Below, piece after piece: positions 62,725 through 64,000 of a stretch of DNA of 64,000 nt. This DNA is from Limnohabitans sp. GTDB taxonomy: Bacteria > Pseudomonadota > Gammaproteobacteria > Burkholderiales > Burkholderiaceae_C. The position numbers and the translations under genes are program-made. Where the stretch lies: positions 1,356 to 65,355 of the forward strand of contig JAGNWH010000004.1 of the NCBI GenBank assembly GCA_017986055.1. Direction: 5' to 3'. Within the stretch, counting starts at the first letter, position 1. Every line of letters starts with the position of its first letter. A model generated the notes under the pieces. That model saw only the letters and a list, made by a program, of their open reading frames with translations. It was not told the DNA's origin and searched no databases.

Positions 62725-62808
62725 GCAGGTGAGTTGGGACCCTGTGCGGGGGCGATGTGGCAAAGCGAAGCGCCTCTGAGCCCTCGCACAGGGCCCCAAC
62801 TCACCTGC
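62725..62808 (-). repeat. Long hairpin with 29-bp stem (2 differences)
   Basis: GCAGGTGAGTTGGGACCCTGTGCGGGGGC / GCCCTCGCACAGGGCCCCAACTCACCTGC; loop reads CGCTTCGCT on the minus strand. Confidence 0.8.
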
Positions 62809-62855
62809 CATCCCACTTAGCCCAAACCCGAAGAGCCACACACCCAGCGCAGGGT

Positions 62856-64000
62856 TTAAGCCTTCACGCAATCCGCAAAGTACCGCTTCTTGCCATCCTC
62901 GTCCTTGATCTCCACCAAACCATGGATATCCGTCTCGAAGCCTGGGCACTTCTCGTTGAACTCGCGGGCGAACTTGAGGTAGTCCACGATCTTCTTGTTG
63001 AAGACCTCGCCGGGAATCAACAGCGGAATGCCTGGCGGGTAAGGCGTGACCAAACCCACCGTGATGCGGCCTTCCAGGTGATCAATTTCTACGCGCTCAG
63101 TCTTGCGCTGCGCGATGTGGGCATAGGCATCTGACGGACGCATGGCCGGAGCCAAATCCGACAAATACATCTCAGTCGTCAAACGGGCAATGTCGTACTT
63201 GGCGTACATCTCATGCACGTGCTGGCACAGATCGCGCAAACCCATGCGCTCATAGCGCGGGTGCTTCTGGCAAAACTCCGGCATGATTTTCCACATCGGC
63301 TGGTTCTTCGCGTACTCGTCCTTGAACTGCTGCAAAGCCGTCAGCAGCGTGTTCCAGCGGCCCTTGGTGATGCCGATCGTGAACATGATGAAAAAGCTGT
63401 ACAAGCCGGTTTTCTCGACCACCACACCATGCTCGGTCAGGAACTTGCTGACGATCGAGGCTGGAATGCCGGTCTTGTCAAACTTGCCATCCAAATCCAG
63501 GCCTGGCGTGACGATGGTTGACTTGATCGGGTCCAGCATATTGAAGCCGTCCGCCAACTGTTGGCCAAAGCCGTGCCACTTGCTGGCCTTCTTGCGGGGA
63601 TCATTGCGCAAGATCCAGTCATCGGCGCGGCCAATGCCTTCTTCGGCAAACTTCTCAGGACCCCAGACCTTGAACCACCAGTCTTTGCCGTATTCGGCAT
63701 CGATTTTTCGCATGGCACGGCGGAAATCCAAGGCTTCAGCAATGCTTTCTTCGACCAGTGCAGTGCCGCCAGGCGGCTCCATCATGGCAGCAGCCACATC
63801 ACAGCTGGCAATGATGCTGTACTGTGGGCTGGTCGAGGTGTGCATCAGGTACGCCTCGTTGAAAAGAGGGCGGTCCAGCTTGGTGTTTTGCGCGTCTTGC
63901 ACCAGCACATGGCTGGCTTGGCTGATGCCTGCCAACAACTTGTGGATGGATTGTGTGGCGTACACCATCGACTCTTTAGGACGTGCGCGCTTTTTGCCCA
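62856..64000 (-). CDS. Arginine/lysine/ornithine decarboxylase (fold-type I), C-terminal part; 5' end outside window
   Basis: TQSIHKLL PLP-lysine motif, HTSTSPQY, LDPIK, PYPPGIPLLIPGE, PGFETDIHG; frame open to the window edge. Confidence 0.95.
   Translation of the reverse strand, partial: GKKRARPKESMVYATQSIHKLLAGISQASHVLVQDAQNTKLDRPLFNEAYLMHTSTSPQYSIIASCDVAAAMMEPPGGTALVEESIAEALDFRRAMRKIDAEYGKDWWFKVWGPEKFAEEGIGRADDWILRNDPRKKASKWHGFGQQLADGFNMLDPIKSTIVTPGLDLDGKFDKTGIPASIVSKFLTEHGVVVEKTGLYSFFIMFTIGITKGRWNTLLTALQQFKDEYAKNQPMWKIMPEFCQKHPRYERMGLRDLCQHVHEMYAKYDIARLTTEMYLSDLAPAMRPSDAYAHIAQRKTERVEIDHLEGRITVGLVTPYPPGIPLLIPGEVFNKKIVDYLKFAREFNEKCPGFETDIHGLVEIKDEDGKKRYFADCVKA

Overview
GC-rich betaproteobacterial chromosome segment (Burkholderiales, Comamonadaceae-like gene content and order; a Limnohabitans-type freshwater organism is plausible but cannot be proven from sequence alone). 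It is mostly core genes: exbD-hemP end, ahpCF, cfa, acs, class I fumarase, murI, five tRNAs, tig-clpP-clpX-lon, a MexJK-like RND pump, hemH, guaBA, ratAB/smpB, the rimP-nusA-infB-rbfA-truB-typA operon, yejABEF-like ABC, fabI and a partial Arg/Lys/Orn decarboxylase. No integrase, transposase, rRNA or CRISPR array was found. The best candidates for undescribed biology are: (1) a stand-alone two-gene membrane module at the 3' end of tRNA-Cys resembling the LinL/CypL plus HTTM (LinG/SdpB-type) peptide-modification machinery, divergent from a 56-aa basic ORF missing from the ORF track; (2) a hybrid squalene locus pairing an SRSF-type single-enzyme squalene synthase with HpnD, with no HpnC or HpnE; (3) a small islet after guaA with two secreted four-cysteine paralogues, one with an HExxH motif and one that has lost it; (4) an AfuABC-like sugar-phosphate importer linked to a HAD phosphatase; (5) two long hairpins with a shared CGCTTCGCT loop motif arranged symmetrically around a bidirectional terminator. 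All family assignments come from motif recognition by eye; no database searches were run.
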